Below, piece by piece: positions 12,457 to 26,794 of a stretch of DNA of 44,746 bases (within the stretch, counting starts at the first letter, position 1; every line of letters begins with the position of its first letter). The notes below the pieces were generated by a model. The model was given only the letters and a program-made list of their open reading frames with translations. It ran no database searches and was not told the origin of the DNA. Made by a program: the position numbers and the translations under genes. The stretch covers positions 6,609,596 to 6,654,341 of the forward strand of contig JBOZIK010000001.1 of NCBI GenBank assembly GCA_051453625.1. The letters run 5' to 3'. The stretch comes from Welwitschia mirabilis. Taxonomy: Eukaryota.

Positions 12457-13917
12457 GTACTCTCTTTGGACTTCAATCTCGATCAGTTCTTTGTTATTTT
12501 GGTGGACTTAAAAGGAGTTTTCTCGGGCTCTTTCTTTCTTTATGGCTGTGTAATATGCACTTCAGATACTTCTGTCATGCTTATTTTACAAAAATTCAAT
12601 GAGATAACAGTTCAGAATTTTTGCAGTTCTCTCTCTCTCTAAGGCTTTGTGTAGGCTGCATATATAAATTTCTTCAATGCTTCTTTTCTGAAAATTCTAT
12701 GACATAGCAGTTCATTTTTAGCCTTTCTTTTAATTGGTTAAAGTGGAAACACAAACTCGAATAAATCTGAGTAAATATTTAACCTATGGAAGCCTAAAAT
12801 TTCTTGTGCAACGTTGAATGCCTCTCCGAGAAAATATGGGTATATGAATGGTCGTCGCTCTCACCTCCTGCAAATTGAACAGTATAGAAAATGTCGTACG
12901 GTCGTTTTCTCTCGGTTTCAAATAGCAATTCCAGCTTGCCGGAACTAAGAAATTCGTCTTTCAGAAACGTAAACCCCAACCTCTCATTATGCTGCGTATG
13001 ACGAGTTCTAGAAGTGTAGCCTTTTGGTCAAGATATGAGGGTGAAAACTCAGTATCAAGGCTTTGCGGTTTGCATTTGAATTTTCTTTGGGAAAGGACCA
13101 ATGGTGATCTCATGCACATGATCTCTTACTACAGTTCAAAATCACGTTGGAGGGACATTGCAAGTCTCATCCATGCCATCTTTGCAATAAATTGGCGAGA
13201 AACAAGAACGGCTGCAGTAGTGAAGTTAAGAGGAAAAATCCAAATACTTGAAGGGTAAGAGATCCTTAGGGTTACTCAGGCAAAGACGATTTTGTATGTT
13301 CGTTAATATAGGATAAAAAGCTGATGCTTCTTTGTTTGATTCAGTACGTGCTTTAGTAACGCGTTAAATAGTTCACGGAGGTAGGAGTGTTAGAGACGGG
13401 ATTATTGTGTTTGTTTTTTCTGATGCGGTAAACATTAGTATTTTACTTTTACTTGAATGAGCAATTAAACATGAGCTTTGCTGAGTCAACGGCTAGATTC
13501 TTCGTCGTCTTGTGTTCCTTCGATTATTTAATTGTTGTAGTAGTTCAATATTTAACCATCTAAGTTATTCTAAAATAGATAGCCACTCCTGTATTAGTTT
13601 TACTAGCAGCCTGAGAGAGCAGAGATGCATCGTCTCTTACTTTCAATTTATTGTAGTTGACTTTTTTAACCCACAGGATCAACAAGCTGAGTGAGGTTGT
13701 GTTGTGTGTTAAGCTTTTGGCAATGACATGAATTTTTTGATTAATGGAAATATATTTTTTATTTAGTTTATAATATGTATAATAACGTGATGATAGACAT
13801 TTTAACGGTGAAGCAGTGTTCTCGTAATTTTGTGGTTGTTAGTTTAATTCTCGAAAAAGTATTTCAATAACAAAATTAAAATATTAAATATAGTATAATG
13901 AAGGATGTTGAAATATT

Positions 13918-14085
13918 TAGCGACCATACTTACCTCTTAGGAGTATAGCTACCACAATCACCCACATAAATAATTTAATTATGCTAAAGGCCTCAAAGTA
14001 TGCTAATTAAACCATCCAAAGGTTCAAATCCATGATCTTATAAATGGAGGATAGGTGCCTTGCTAGTTGGACTACCATCTTATTA
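13918..14085 (-). mobile_element. tRNA-derived SINE
   Basis: The minus strand reads GGTAGTCCAACTAGCAAGGC (A-box-like), then GATCATGGATTTGAACC (B-box-like) about 40 nt later, then a non-tRNA body shared with 11165-11335. Confidence 0.6.
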
Positions 14086-14479
14086 GTAATTATAGTGCAA
14101 TCATTAAGAGTAAGGTTAATAAACTTATAAATAAGAGTTATATAATCATGATATAGCTTTGAATCTTATAGTATACATCTTGTGAGAAGTAGTTGTTTAA
14201 TATTTTATTAAGGAAAAATGCAACTTGATTTACACTCTTTAGTTTAATGATTTCCTTTTCCTTTACAAGTTAGTTAATTAGTTTAAGAGTAGTAAGGTTA
14301 CACTTAGTTCAATTACAGTTTCATAACAGTTGCTCACATATTTATCAACATCATCAATAACTATAAACAAAGGACTATTCAAACAATGTATGTTGAGTTA
14401 AGACAAGTAACCAAAGAGAATATCTTAAAGCATTTTATTAAAAGATAAGTCTATTGTTTTGTTGTTTATTATGCTCTAC

Positions 14480-16350
14480 CTCTTGTCTTATCATACCTTC
14501 CATCTATGAGTAGAGTCTTTTTTCCCCCATTTTGAATCAAGTATATTCACTCGTTTAGGTTCCATAGTTTCATCCTCAAATGGAACAATATCTGTTACAA
14601 TTGTTTTATAGTTTTTCACTGCCACTCTCTGAAGATTTCATTTTAGCCTTATTGATAAACTTCTTTCAAAAGCTTTTAGGCCTCTCATTGCAAAAGTTCT
14701 GTATTTTAATACCACATGGTTTAAGGTCATCCAATGGTTTCTTAAGGTTATAGACCTGAAAGGATGTCATCCACTTTTTCTTGCCATTGAGAAATACATG
14801 TTTGATGCTTTTTATGAGAGATCCTTATTTCTTTAATAGGCAAGGCCTTACATGTTTGTTGAGAGCTATGGTTTCTCTCAACACTAAATATTTTTGAGGA
14901 ATTACTTTTCTAGATTCAAATCCTAAGCCTTGAACTTAGTCTCTAAGGCTTTCTAAAGTCATATTATCTGCTAATAATGAGATTAAGATGATATCTTCAC
15001 CTATTTCTACTTAATATAGTTCATACATTAATATCCTTACCACTCGCTTTTGAACATGACTTGCTGTTGAACTTTCCACATGGAATTTCATAACCTGTAC
15101 TCTTACTAAAATTTGTTTTTTTGTCACTTCTAGGATTTAAGGATGATTTTTTAATCTAAATTTTTTTATTGCAAATTTTTTCAATTCTTTTATAAAATTG
15201 TAAGTTACTTCCATGATTTCTTTCTTAACAATTCTTACTTTTTTTAAACTTTCTAACATACCTCTTATATTTCCCTTAAAAATCATTAGCAATAAGTAAT
15301 GTTTTCTTGTGCCTAGGATTGCAAAATGTCAAGATGATCATCAAATCCCATAATCAACTTAAGAGATCAAATTATTTTTTGCTTTTAAAGAATTTTAATT
15401 GCACCTACAATATAGAATTTTTTACCATTTTTATCAGTTATATGTTAATGCAAATGTTTATCATATTACAAAATCAACATAACAAGTATTTCATCTTTGG
15501 ATAAGAAAACATGGAATATTTGATATTTTTAGTAAATAAAAACATATTTTACAATGTCGTCCATTCACATAACACTAACTATCACACTATCCACTGAACA
15601 CAATTAAGACATTTACTATCTCATTAATCTCATTGATAACATCTTTTGATACATTACTTTGATTGATATGTTTACTATATTTTGCTTCCCCTTGCAAGGA
15701 CATGAACACTTTCATGGTTGGCTCTAAGAATTTAATATGAAAGATATTATTTGTATCTTCTAACATTTTCTTTTCTAAATCCTTACAATTTTTCATTAGC
15801 TTTCCTTTTCTATAATATGTTATTAATTTTCCTTGTATTTTCAAAATTCGTATATTTTTCTCATCTATTTCTTCATGAAATTTCAATAATTCCGTTATCG
15901 TTACTATAGTTTGAATGACGTCAACACTCTAGATCTCACAACAAATCCACAAAATAAAAAGTCTGCAAATCTTTAAAGTGTTTAGACTTCTCCTCAAGAT
16001 TTCATGTGGGCTAATAGATTGATACAAGGCAACCTCTGATGTCATGTTAAGAATATTGATATATCAATTTAACTTGCAACACTAACACGATCAACATCAT
16101 ATCATTATCATGGAATCTAATCTTTAGAGAGTTAAGGTTTCGCTATTTGATTTCATTATAGTTTTATCTTCATCACTAGATCTTTTACTGATTAAATTGC
16201 CTTTTGTATATAGATGGGATTTCACATTTATTACTATAATTGTAACCTTATAATCTAAATTTCAAGGTCATAGGACTTTATTACTATTACTATCAAATTC
16301 ATAACATAAACTATTTATTTCATATAGAAAACTATGAAGTCAATGGCTTT
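14480..16350 (-). mobile_element. Probable very decayed copia relic (gag and downstream pol)
   Basis: Degenerate PBS-like TGACATCAGAGG at 16033-16044 next to an LTR-like end. ORF 15587-15886 resembles copia gag (SLQGEAKYSKHINQSN...VLIVFSG*CDS vs MxEG...HLNxFN...LLxSLPxS). Similarity is weak. Confidence 0.4.
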
Positions 16351-19300
16351 TAAGTCCTTATTAATGCTACTATGTTTGAAAAAATAATCTTTGAGATTTA
16401 TTTTATAAAAAGAATAAAATAGAATCATGCAACAATTTCATCACTAAGCTTAAATTTACCCACAAGCTTAATGTTCTCATATGTGAGGCTTAGATTGATA
16501 AGAAGAAAACTTATGCCATACTTTAAAAATACTTTTTGATGTTTAACTAAAAGATTGTATCTTTTAATTATGTGTTTTTACACATTTTTGAATTTTTGTT
16601 TAAAAATTATTTGAGTAGACTTACATGGATGTTTTTATATAATTTTTCATTAGTTAAATCCCTATTTTTATGTTCAAAATTAATAATCTTCATTTCAATC
16701 TAATCATGCATAACATTTTAATATCCTTGCTTCAACTTTTAATATTATAATACAAAGATTTGCAAAATTATGTAAAATAACCAAAAGATGAAAACATCAC
16801 ATAACAACAAAAATGTAAAACCCCTTTTAATGAAGAACGTGATTGGAAGAATATAACAACAAAATAAACAAGTATGTAACAAACATTTATAGATGATTTC
16901 AAGTTGCCATAAGGATTTTCTACATCTAGTAAAAGTTGAGTTGGTTTTTCTTTGTTAAAACTCACTTTTTAAGAAACACAGGAAATACCTCAAGAATCTT
17001 TAGTCTAATAATAAATATAATTCTATTAGATATTTAAATTTCATTTTTATGTGCAGGATCCGTTAGTACTTGTATTAATCCCTTTATTTAATAAGGTTAT
17101 AGTTGGCGTATTTTCTACTTTTAGAAAAGACTAGAATATTATTTTCATATTTGAGATATTATATTCTAGTTCTACTACATCACAAATCCTATTGTAGAGC
17201 TTCATTCTGTAGCTCTTACTTAGTGAGAGTCTATAATCTATTAGTTATTCTGAAAATTGGGTGAATATGATTTCATGACTAGTCATCGTAGTTATACATT
17301 TAGGTATGTATGTTATCAATTGTTAATGGTGATTATTAGGAAAATATTATTGTTGATCAATTTTTCTTTGTATGGTTAATAATTTTGTATTTTTCAATAA
17401 TTTCTTTAATACATTTGGTTTAATTCATAATAATCTTATTATGGAATTGATGTATTTAAGATCTAAAATAACAATAATTAGTTTCATGCACTCTTGATAA
17501 TGATATCATCAACATAAAGGTTCATTGAAATTGTTACTAAGAAGTTATCTATACTTATGAGACATGATCTAGAAGCTTGTTTAAGATCATATAAGTGTTT
17601 TCTCAGTTTAATCACTTTGCTTTCATCACCTTATTTTACAAATTCATTATATGATATGATAGAGATGCCCTCTTTTAGGTCTTCATTAAGAAAAATTAAC
17701 ATAACATCTAATTGTAAAAAATTCTAGTCATGTTGCATTATAGATGAGAAGATGAGGTAAATGACTATTATTTTTGTTGTTAGGGAAAATATTTTACTGG
17801 AGTTATGCCTTTTTTTTGGGTCAAACATAAAAGCATTATTTTATTGAGCTGTAATCGATTATATTTCTTCATTTTTAATAAAATAATTTATTACTCATCC
17901 TAACTTTTAAATAAATCCTAATAATCATTTTGGAAATAAATAAAGTTAAAATAAAATTTATTCCAAACTTGAGAATAAAATGCCTCTTTAGTTATTAGTT
18001 TTTATAGCTTTATAATGTTAACATTTTTAACTTGCAATTAAGTCACATCTTTAATGGTAACTTATCTTATATGATAGTTGTCTTTGATATATAAGAAAAT
18101 TTTTGAACTTTTCATTATAACTCTAGAGTCAATATATTAAGTTTAGGGATTACTATCAATACGCATATCTAAGGATCATTACTCTGAAGATGGCTTCAAT
18201 GTAATAGTGATAATAGATCAGTTTTTATCCTTCTTCAGTATATTTCAAGAATTTTTTATAATTTAGTAATTTTTTTTTAATCTCCCTTTTCTTTAACCTC
18301 TTTACTTTAAAAAATAAAAGTCATGTTATTTTCATTTTGCTTTATCTTAGGTTCTATTCATTGGATGCACCCAAAATTTTACTTAAGATATAAGTTTTAC
18401 ATAAGTCTTTTTGGACTTCTTGTACTATGTTGAATTTTGATAATATAACTTCTAGTATGATATACTTAACGTTTTATAACATAGTAAATGTTGTTGTTTT
18501 CTTACTTGCATTTTCAATGTGACTATTATGTTTCTTTAGATGAAATACATACTTGGTNNNNNNNNNNNNNNNNNNNNNNNNNNNNNNNNNNNNNNNNNNN
18601 NNNNNNNNNNNNNNNNNNNNNNNNNNNNNNNNNNNNNNNNNNNNNNNNNNNNNNNNNNNNNNNNNNNNNNNNNNNNNNNNNNNNNNNNNNNNNNNNNNNN
18701 NNNNNNNNNNNNNNNNNNNNNNNNNNNNNNNNNNNNNNNNNNNNNNNNNNNNNNNNNNNNNNNNNNNNNNNNNNNNNNNNNNNNNNNNNNNNNNNNNNNN
18801 NNNNNNNNNNNNNNNNNNNNNNNNNNNNNNNNNNNNNNNNNNNNNNNNNNNNNNNNNNNNNNNNNNNNNNNNNNNNNNNNNNNNNNNNNNNNNNNNNNNN
18901 NNNNNNNNNNNNNNNNNNNNNNNNNNNNNNNNNNNNNNNNNNNNNNNNNNNNNNNNNNNNNNNNNNNNNNNNNNNNNNNNNNNNNNNNNNNNNNNNNNNN
19001 NNNNNNNNNNNNNNNNNNNNNNNNNNNNNNNNNNNNNNNNNNNNNNNNNNNNNNNNNNNNNNNNNNNNNNNNNNNNNNNNNNNNNNNNNNNNNNNNNNNN
19101 NNNNNNNNNNNNNNNNNNNNNNNNNNNNNNNNNNNNNNNNNNNNNNNNNNNNNNNNNNNNNNNNNNNNNNNNNNNNNNNNNNNNNNNNNNNNNNNNNNNN
19201 NNNNNNNNNNNNNNNNNNNNNNNNNNNNNNNNNNNNNNNNNNNNNNNNNNNNNNNNNNNNNNNNNNNNNNNNNNNNNNNNNNNNNNNNNNNNNNNCTAGA

Positions 19301-21230
19301 AATAATATTTGATTTTTCAAGCCACTCTTCATTTAAAAAAAAAAAGTTTTAAAGCAACTTCCATGCTTCATGTGCTTTGTCTAGGTTTTGGCTAACAGCA
19401 ATACTACTTTTATATTTTTAATAAGATTTTCATATCAAGAAACATGATTACAATTATTCCTAAAGCTTGTTCTAGTTTTTATTTTCTTGATGACATGAAT
19501 TTGTTGAAGGTTAGTTTTAGTTATTCACATTTGAGCATCCACTATTTTTAAAGTCATAAAGTCTTTAATCTTTACTCTGATATTTAAAATATATATACTG
19601 TTTTTCTACTTGAAATCATGCTTTACTACCATGTTGGAATTTCATCTAATGGAAGTAAGAAGATATGATAGAGTTTTATTTATGTAATTTTAGAAATAAA
19701 ATGTAAGTTGTACCTCATTTTGTTAATGTGTAAGAGTTATTAAAATATATAAAGTAGGACTTATAGTAATTAAACACATGATGGTATTACAAATTATCAC
19801 TAAATGATACATAATAGTTTTTTTAATTATTACATAATGATTTACGACACTTCCATTGCATGTTTGTTGACTATTTAGTTTTTACGAGTAATTTATATTG
19901 ATATTTATACAAGTACAGGAAAATTTGTTTAGGTATTTTGATTTCTTAACATGACTAATGCATTTTGGTTTCATGGATAAAACCTATGTTATATTACATG
20001 TTTATTAATTATAAATGCTAGCTTTTCACTAGCAAAATTGTCTTTCTTAGAGAACAATGAGCAAATAGTAAATCTCATCATCATTATCCTTATTGGATGA
20101 AAAGGCATTATTAATCATAATATATTCTTATTTTTAACCTCCTTTTTGNNNNNNNNNNNNNNNNNNNNNNNNNNNNNNNNNNNNNNNNNNNNNNNNNNNN
20201 NNNNNNNNNNNNNNNNNNNNNNNNNNNNNNNNNNNNNNNNNNNNNNNNNNNNNNNNNNNNNNNNNNNNNNNNNNNNNNNNNNNNNNNNNNNNNNNNNNNN
20301 NNNNNNNNNNNNNNNNNNNNNNNNNNNNNNNNNNNNNNNNNNNNNNNNAAGAATTGTACATAGGAAATCCTAGCAAATGTGTTTTGAGAGAATAATAAAA
20401 GAAGAAAGACATGTATATGATAGATAAGGGGTCTTCTAATTGTGTAAATTTCATGAAATGAAGGAAGAGGGACTATTGAATAAGCATTAAAGCCATGACC
20501 AAAAACGTTATAAACATTTAAATGAAATTAATTTTTCTTAATCAATTAATGAAGGTACACCTTTAAATCCCAAATTCTACTTCTCTTATGTAATTGCTAA
20601 TTCTTGGTTTTGCCAAGTAATAATTAATAATCATAAAACATAATCAAAACCCTTGTGATTAACTCATGAATCTAATAAAATATAGAAGATATTTTACATC
20701 ATTTAATTTTATTATTATTAGAAGTTTAAAAGATTACTTATAATAGATGCAACTTTAGTTATTTTGGTGACTAGTTATTACAAATTATTGCATTTTTGCC
20801 TCTGTAAAATTTAATTTTTTTAAAAACCTTTTCTCATTTTGTTTACCCATATCTTTAACAAAGACAATTTAAATAATAATTTGAAAAGTGCATGGGTGGA
20901 TAAAAAAACAAATGTAAGAGAAAGAGTACATCCATCTTAATGTAATAAAGAAATGAACAAACCAACTATTTTTATAAAATGGTAAGTTGTATTTTCAATT
21001 TTTTTATTAAATTAATAAAAAGAATTGCAAGCATATAGGATGATACCTACTACAGAATGAATGCCTTGCCCTATTTCTCTTACAAATTCATGAGTTTCTA
21101 TGGTTGAATAAACTTGTGTTAGGTATTTTGATAACTTAACCTAATATATCTCTCTACAAATGTATACAATTCAGTATAAATTGGATACATCTGTCTTGAT
21201 AAAAGAAAGAGAATTGAAAGAAGTAGGAAA

Positions 21231-24200
21231 GATAAGAAGAACAGGCCTTAGGAAAGTGCTCTCTAAGAGAGAAAGATCAATGATTAGAATGTTGTATAGT
21301 CTATGTTATATCATTTCATTACAAATGAGGAGTATAAATACATAGGAAAGTGCTAACAATAGCTTAGTTCATAATGCAAAAAATGATAAAGGGTTTGTGA
21401 CAACCTTCCAACTTTAGAATAGGAATTTTCAACCTTAAATAGACTATACTAGTAAAGACAAATTACTAAATATAAATGATTTGACAAAGAATTAATTTTT
21501 TCAATTCCCTTCATGATTGAAACTAGATCACCATTGAAGATATCCTACATTTTCATCTTCAGAATTAGCTATACTTATGATTTGGAGAAACCTATTTCCA
21601 TTAAAATAATATTAACAATGAAGCTTAGACTTCACTATAATATTACACTTACTACTACAATGCATGCATCTTCATACCATGATTAGATGACAAGTAATTT
21701 TCAAAGGAAAAATGTGGTCTATATAGTGACTTTTGAACCCTCATCACTAAATCCATAGTAACATGATTATGTCATTGTATGAACATTATATGTGCATATT
21801 TCATAATGGTTGTATTAAACACCTGTATGGTTGCAAACTAAAGAACAAGTGATTTATAATAATCAAAGGTAAGCATGATTCCTTGAAATATACTATGCCA
21901 TCATTTTCTTTAAAGTATCCATGATAATTTTGAAGAAAATCCAAAGTGTTCTTCAAAACAAAATCCACATACCAATCAATATTATATTCTTTATTTCATA
22001 TTGAATTTGTGATGATGATAACAACATGTAAGATAAACACTTTGTTTTTTATGGTAAAAGCATTAACTTATATATAAATATAAGAATGTCAATTGTGATG
22101 AGATTGCTACAAAACAAATTTTCATGCCTTTAAGGTCATTACTAGAGTTAGATATGGGTATTTTGTTTGAAGCACTTAATCTCTTCTCTTTAAGTTATTT
22201 TTAGTGCTTTCTTATGTACTTATGACTGATTAGGCTCTTTGATAGTGTGAGGTCCTTTAAAGGTAGTCCATGTAGTTAAACAGTGTTGAAGGATTTGTAG
22301 GAAAATAGTCAAGCAATATTAGGACAAGTAAAGAAGATAATGTCTCATCAAGATCTTCCTTGTGCATGAACCTTTTAATTTGAAACATGATATGAAAGAA
22401 GAGATCATTATTGATGTGCATGAGTAGAGTCATGGTGTGATATCCATGTTATCATACTTAAAATAGATTCCAATGATGGAAAGCTTGAATACCATTTCTT
22501 ACAAAATAGTAAACTAACACAGCTGAGCGGGTGGCCATGTAGGATTCCATGGTAGATACAAGGGTCCCTTTGAATGTGGATATCAAGAAAGTACTTGATC
22601 CAATACATCCTGATATGGCTTCTAGCGAAGTTATAAGATCAAATAACATTGTAAATATGGTTTTTGATGAGTCAAGATGGTTTTGCATCCATTGCATTTG
22701 GTCATCAGTGCTAACATAGGTGAATTCAAAGTTAGAAACATCATAGCCCTTGATGTCGTCGATATTATTTAGCTATTTACATCATGGTTAGGTATCCTAA
22801 AAATGTAAAGAACTTACTCATGAGAGTTTGCATTTGCTTTTTATTTTACTTCATTTGTTGACCACTTTATGCTTGTCTTGATGTGAAAATTAATAACATT
22901 TTCATCCTTATAAACATCTTTATGTGACATGTGTCTATTTTGGGAATAGGTGTTTTTTGTTGCACATATCTACTAATGCATAGACCATATCCATTACTAG
23001 CTCTTCTTGTATAGCCACTTTTATCATAATCATAACAAGGATAATAATGATGATGATTAACACATGTGAGTCTATAAAGCTTGCAAATGTTTTTTTTATC
23101 TTGTTGGACAAGAGAATCTTTCAAAACATTTGTTTTACCTTGATATTTTATGAAATTTTAATATGAATTCTATTTCATATTAACATAATTGATTAATATT
23201 AAACAATTTTCCAGTAAACTCATTAAAGTAAGAAAGTACCTAGATTATGTTTTGATGGTGAAGACACGTGACTTGATACTCATAGTTTTTGTTTTTATTT
23301 ACTCAAGATTGATGTCTCTCTCATCATCTTGGAGGCTTGAGAATGTGGACCTTCTCTCCATAATGTGATTGTCATTACCACAATTAAGAAACAATTTTTC
23401 CTTAATACCAATGATAAGTTTCTCCATGACAGTTATCCCTAGTGTGAAAAAAAGGTTTTCTTATTAATAGAACTGAGCTATGAGTTGAACTTTTCTCAAG
23501 CTTTTCCTTTGGCATTCAACTTTAATGTTGTTGGGGTTATTGCAAATGTTGCAAAGCTTACCTCCATGGAAATCTTTTGATTCCTTTATGTCAAAATCAT
23601 ATTCTTTATCAATTATGGAACTTGAAAGACCTAGAGCTTCATTTAGGCTTGGCTTAATCTGGGATACCAACATTATGTCATTCCACTCTTTCAAGAGATA
23701 TTCCTCTAGGCATGTAACATGTCTACAAGTTCAACCATAATCATCTTCAATCAATCTCTTATTGATTTGATCACATGAACAAGTGGATCAAATCGTTAGG
23801 CATGACTATTAAGAATATTCTCTATGATTCTCAAATTGTCAATTTTCTAACTTGATGATTCTAGAACTTATAAGATTTCTTATAACCTCAGAATGTACTG
23901 ATCAATACTTTATGAATCCTTTTTTGTAAATGATTCAAAATCTCTTCTAAGATTTTCTCACTTAATAACTTGTACATTATGATCCTGTATACGTAGACTA
24001 TAGAATCTCAAAGGAGTATTTACCTTAGATTTTATTCTTAATCTTAAAGAAGATTAAGATGTTTAGACTAGTTTCAATGATGAATGAAGCGCTTCCATTT
24101 CTTACTCTTAATTCTCGCAATTTGTTCTTTTTTGAGGACATGGCTGATCCACAACATGTGTGAAACCTATTGGTATTAGCTCCCATGATTCATGTGAGAT

Positions 24201-24566
24201 CAATAATGTTCTTCTTTGAAGAGCCCAATATCCATAGTTTTCACTATTAAATACTGTAATTAGAAAGGCATAGCATTGGTGTTACTAGCGATAGCCATTG
24301 TATAAGAGAGTTGTTAACAAACATCACCGAAAGCTCTAATATTAAGTGAGAGGACGAGTCTTAAGGAAGTATTTGCTAGAAGAAAACAATTAGTGATTAT
24401 ACTCTATGGTAGCATCATTGCATTAGAAATGAGGAGTGCATACATCTGTTTCACTTCGAACCAAAATAGACTAGTAACATGCAAATCATATGATACATGT
24501 GTACTCAACAACAAGTAAAGACAAATGATTAACTATAGATGAACTAATAAGGAATTGACCGTTTTA
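21231..24566 (-). mobile_element. Degenerate, internally deleted Ty1/copia element with both LTRs
   Basis: Diverged LTR pair at ~21231-21503 and ~24345-24566 (shared ATCATT(T/G)CATTA(C/G)AAATGAGGAGT and AGTAAAGACAAAT). PBS-like sequence near 24333-24344. Gag N-terminus FNSENYGYWALQRRTLLISHESWELI, knuckle-like CNICNNPNNIKVEC, protease-like FLNCGNDNHIM and integrase C-terminal FLGY...KGY. Confidence 0.8.
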
Positions 24567-25849
24567 AAGGAAATATTATAGAGGAGGAGTGACTGAGGGC
24601 TCAAGGAATATTGTTTTATTTGATATACAACTCTCTTCTTTGTTTTATTATCAATTTTATTTATTATTTTCTAATTTTAAGTTTTTTTGTTTTTAACTAT
24701 GTGGATAAAGAGGGAGGTCAATTAGGAGTGTTAACACTAAAACTATTCCACATTATGTGAGCTTTTAATTTTGAAATACTTTATAACTTTTTCTTAGATA
24801 TATGATTTTAATTGTAATAAGTCATATTCACTTTGTTTGCAATATTTGAAGTCTTTTAATTTAATGCTAAAATTTATTTACTTACAATGTAAAAATCTAT
24901 CAATTAAGTAATAAATCTATGTTTAAATGTAATTTTTTTTTGGTTTGGTTGAAAGAATTTAAAAGATTTTTGAAGAACATGTTTTCAGCAATAAGTGTGA
25001 AAAGGTGAAGAGCAAGGCACGTTTCATCTAAAATCCTGACCTTAACTAAATATAACAAAATCCTAGCCTTAATTAAATGCATAATATGTTTTCAACAAAA
25101 ATAAATAAATAAATGCATAATAGGTATGCTTGTCACACATATCAATGAAACAAGGCAACATTTTAATTCAATTAAAATTTGTCGTATAACGAAATATGTG
25201 AAGAAAACATAATTCCTGATTGTTCCAAAAGAGGGATGCCTCAAACAATGCATTGATATAATGTCGTTGACAAAATTTGCTTCTCTATTTTTTGTCTTGT
25301 CTATAAATAAAAAGATATTTTTACTGTTATGTGCTAAGAACCTTTTTTCCTACTATGTAAAATGATTGCATTCTCTTTATAGTGATGTCTGGGTGAACAT
25401 AAAATTATTACGCAATGTTAATTCTTACATATATGTTTAAAATGTAGATCTTGCCAATGGATAGGAGTCTAACTGTGGACAAGTTCGACAATCCCCCTAA
25501 AAATGTACATCTTATTGTTGTCTTATAACTTGATTCCTTTTTTGAGATCTTACATGTAAATCTTTACATTAATATATAATATCAAGAGATATCTATAAAA
25601 TTTAATTCGTTCATATGTAAGTTTATATATTAAAGTGTTAACATAGAGTCACAAAAATATCATTGGTTCCTCCTTTTTACAGGACTCATCTGTCTCATGT
25701 GAGTGTTAACAGATTACACGAAGATCTTACAGGAATCTTCCCCTTGAACGACATAATTTTTGGACCTTTGCATTCGTATTTGCATTTGTGCATGGCATAA
25801 ATAATAACGGTAAAAGGTAAAGGTTACCAGATAATAACTTTAAGATTAT

Positions 25850-26790
25850 TAGCCAATCAATAAACCTCGCCCTGCGCGTCTGCACCTACCCGCAGAGCAG
25901 CCAGTAATCCTTAAAAATTGGTGCAGCGTCCAGAAATCCGCATCCTAAATTTGCCGCCTCGTGAGGAATGAGGAGGATTGCTAACAAAAAGACAGCGTAC
26001 TCTCAGACTGACAGTAATGGTTAGAAACACAGCCCTAATGGATGCGTGGAACAAGCTCCTCCAATGTTTCATGTTCATAAAATTGGACTGGTCCCGTTTC
26101 TGTGGAGCTGAAAAGGCATGGCTTGGCGCCAATACGTATATACCTCACACCTCCGGTTTCGGGGATTGGAGTCTTGGTTTGTCCTGTGATATTCACCCGA
26201 CTATGGCAAGAATTCGAGATCTCTGGTATACGATTTGGCCACCACATGTTAGTACTTGGAATGAAAAATCGAAAATTGCTATTAGGCGTTTTCGTTTGTC
26301 ATTTTATCAAATATGCAAAGTTCTTGAGTTGAGAGTGCATGGAACAGTCAGAAGTGAAAGAGATGCACAGTTATCATAGCGTAAAATATTAAATACTGAC
26401 ACTCGTTATCTTCAATGGCTGGAGCGAGAAAAATTGGGCGTTTTTCAAATCGTAGACGACCGACTAAACTGTGATAAAAAGTAATGGAGTTTCTTTCAAC
26501 TTACTGCACGGCAAAATTCCTGAACGACCTTGAAGAGTTGATGATGACGGGTATTTACTGTTCTATTCAAATTAAGAGAGTTGTTACGTCGCTTTAGGAA
26601 TTTCGTTCTGCAGCATGAGGGATTCCATGGACCGTGGTGCTCACTGTCTGCTCTAGTTTTTGGACTCTGTAAAATGTTTGCTGGCGCACTAAGGGGAGGA
26701 AAAACCAATTGATCATGGAAAGACAAGCCCTAGGCGTTCTAATTGACGATGCTAAATTATCGGGGAGAAATGTTTTTCAGAGGCAGTGGG
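25850..26790 (+). promoter_or_regulatory. CpG-retaining promoter/5'UTR region of the MEBL-like gene
   Basis: GC/CpG-rich island beginning near CCAAT at 25853, upstream of CACC-ATG at 26795. Acceptor-like TGTTTTTCAG ends at 26780. Confidence 0.6.
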
Positions 26791-26794
26791 CACC

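Noticed and set aside
14021..14076. tRNA gene
   Set aside because: The boxes are degenerate, no cloverleaf is evident, and a non-tRNA body is shared with a second copy, so a SINE fits better.
18488..20454. Long ORFs in the track
   Set aside because: Artifacts of N gaps at 18558-19295 and 20149-20348.
16350..21200. Missing exons of an upstream MEBL paralog, or a DNA transposon
   Set aside because: No WKCxxC or CPxC motif or transposase motif could be read. The sequence is unassignable AT-rich DNA, although two gaps are unseen.
25911..26726. Several overlapping 70-130 aa ORFs
   Set aside because: No recognisable motifs; expected by chance in a GC-richer promoter/UTR region.
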